This document shows, one piece after another, positions 40,784-40,847 of a DNA stretch of 40,847 nucleotides. Source of the DNA: Gammaproteobacteria bacterium (GTDB lineage Bacteria; Pseudomonadota; Gammaproteobacteria; Natronospirales; REEB76). The stretch is taken from positions 1 to 40,847 of the forward strand of contig JBOIBL010000104.1 of assembly GCA_050739495.1 (NCBI GenBank). Reading direction: 5' to 3'. A program made the position numbers and the translations under genes. The notes beneath the pieces were generated by a model that had not been told where the DNA came from, ran no database searches, and saw only the letters and a list, made by a program, of their open reading frames with translations. Each line of letters opens with the position of its first letter. Positions within the stretch are counted from its first letter, which is position 1.

Positions 40784-40847
40784 ATGACCCGATACGCCAC
40801 CGCCAATACCGTCGAAGAATTCCGCGCGCACCTCGAGGACGTGCACG
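40784..40847 (+). CDS. possible 5' end of an unidentified gene (runs off the right edge)
   Basis: The ATG at 40784 opens a frame (MTRYATANTVEEFRAHLEDVH...) that runs to the window end. It is divergent from the DUF488 gene. There is no clear RBS and only 21 codons are visible. Confidence 0.25.
   Translation, partial: MTRYATANTVEEFRAHLEDVH

Overview
This is a chromosomal segment, probably gammaproteobacterial. It carries the gacA/uvrY-uvrC-pgsA-tRNA(Gly)-tRNA(Cys)-tRNA(Leu) order known from Escherichia and Pseudomonas, all on the minus strand. The main result is that the System I cytochrome c maturation operon is split. ccmABCDE (18933->16119, minus strand) and ccmF (839-><1, minus strand) are separated by a ~15.3 kb block (about 840-16118). 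The block holds two convergent transcription units rich in c-type cytochromes. Unit 1 (plus strand, 1226-12679) encodes an AraC regulator and a Cyc2-like fused monohaem cytochrome-porin. It continues with a dihaem cytochrome c, an amicyanin-like cupredoxin, a divergent cbb3-type CcoN and a CcoO fused to a dihaem cytochrome. It ends with maturation genes: ccoS, a FixP-N-like peptide, two micro-ORFs, a DsbD_2-like protein, ccoI and a stand-alone HemA C-terminal-domain fragment. Unit 2 (minus strand, 15830-12693) encodes monohaem cytochrome c, a second divergent Cyc2-like cytochrome-porin, another monohaem cytochrome c, a strong internal terminator and a lipoprotein. I read this as a candidate outer-membrane-to-oxygen electron transfer (Fe(II)-oxidation-type) module. 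Its logic resembles the Acidithiobacillus rus operon, but it is built on a C-family oxidase and sits inside the operon that matures its nine CxxCH sites. The rest of the window is housekeeping or accessory. It includes a family-5-like UDG, icd, aceA, aceB with a divergent LysR regulator, rluE and a class II DAHP synthase. It also includes a lysine-catabolism-like pair (saccharopine-DH family plus ALDH7), a PlpD-like patatin-Omp85 protein with a short asparaginase, and nfeD-stomatin. From about 38.15-38.65 kb, inside the stomatin gene, G+C and codon usage jump to about 70%. They stay high through an HSL-type esterase, a small membrane protein and a DUF488 gene. This could be a recombination junction or an assembly chimera. 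I found no CRISPR array, rRNA, transposase or integrase. All calls rest on reading and translating the sequence and on remembered family motifs. No similarity search or computation was run. Where a start differs from the ORF track, I chose it from RBS and overlap logic.
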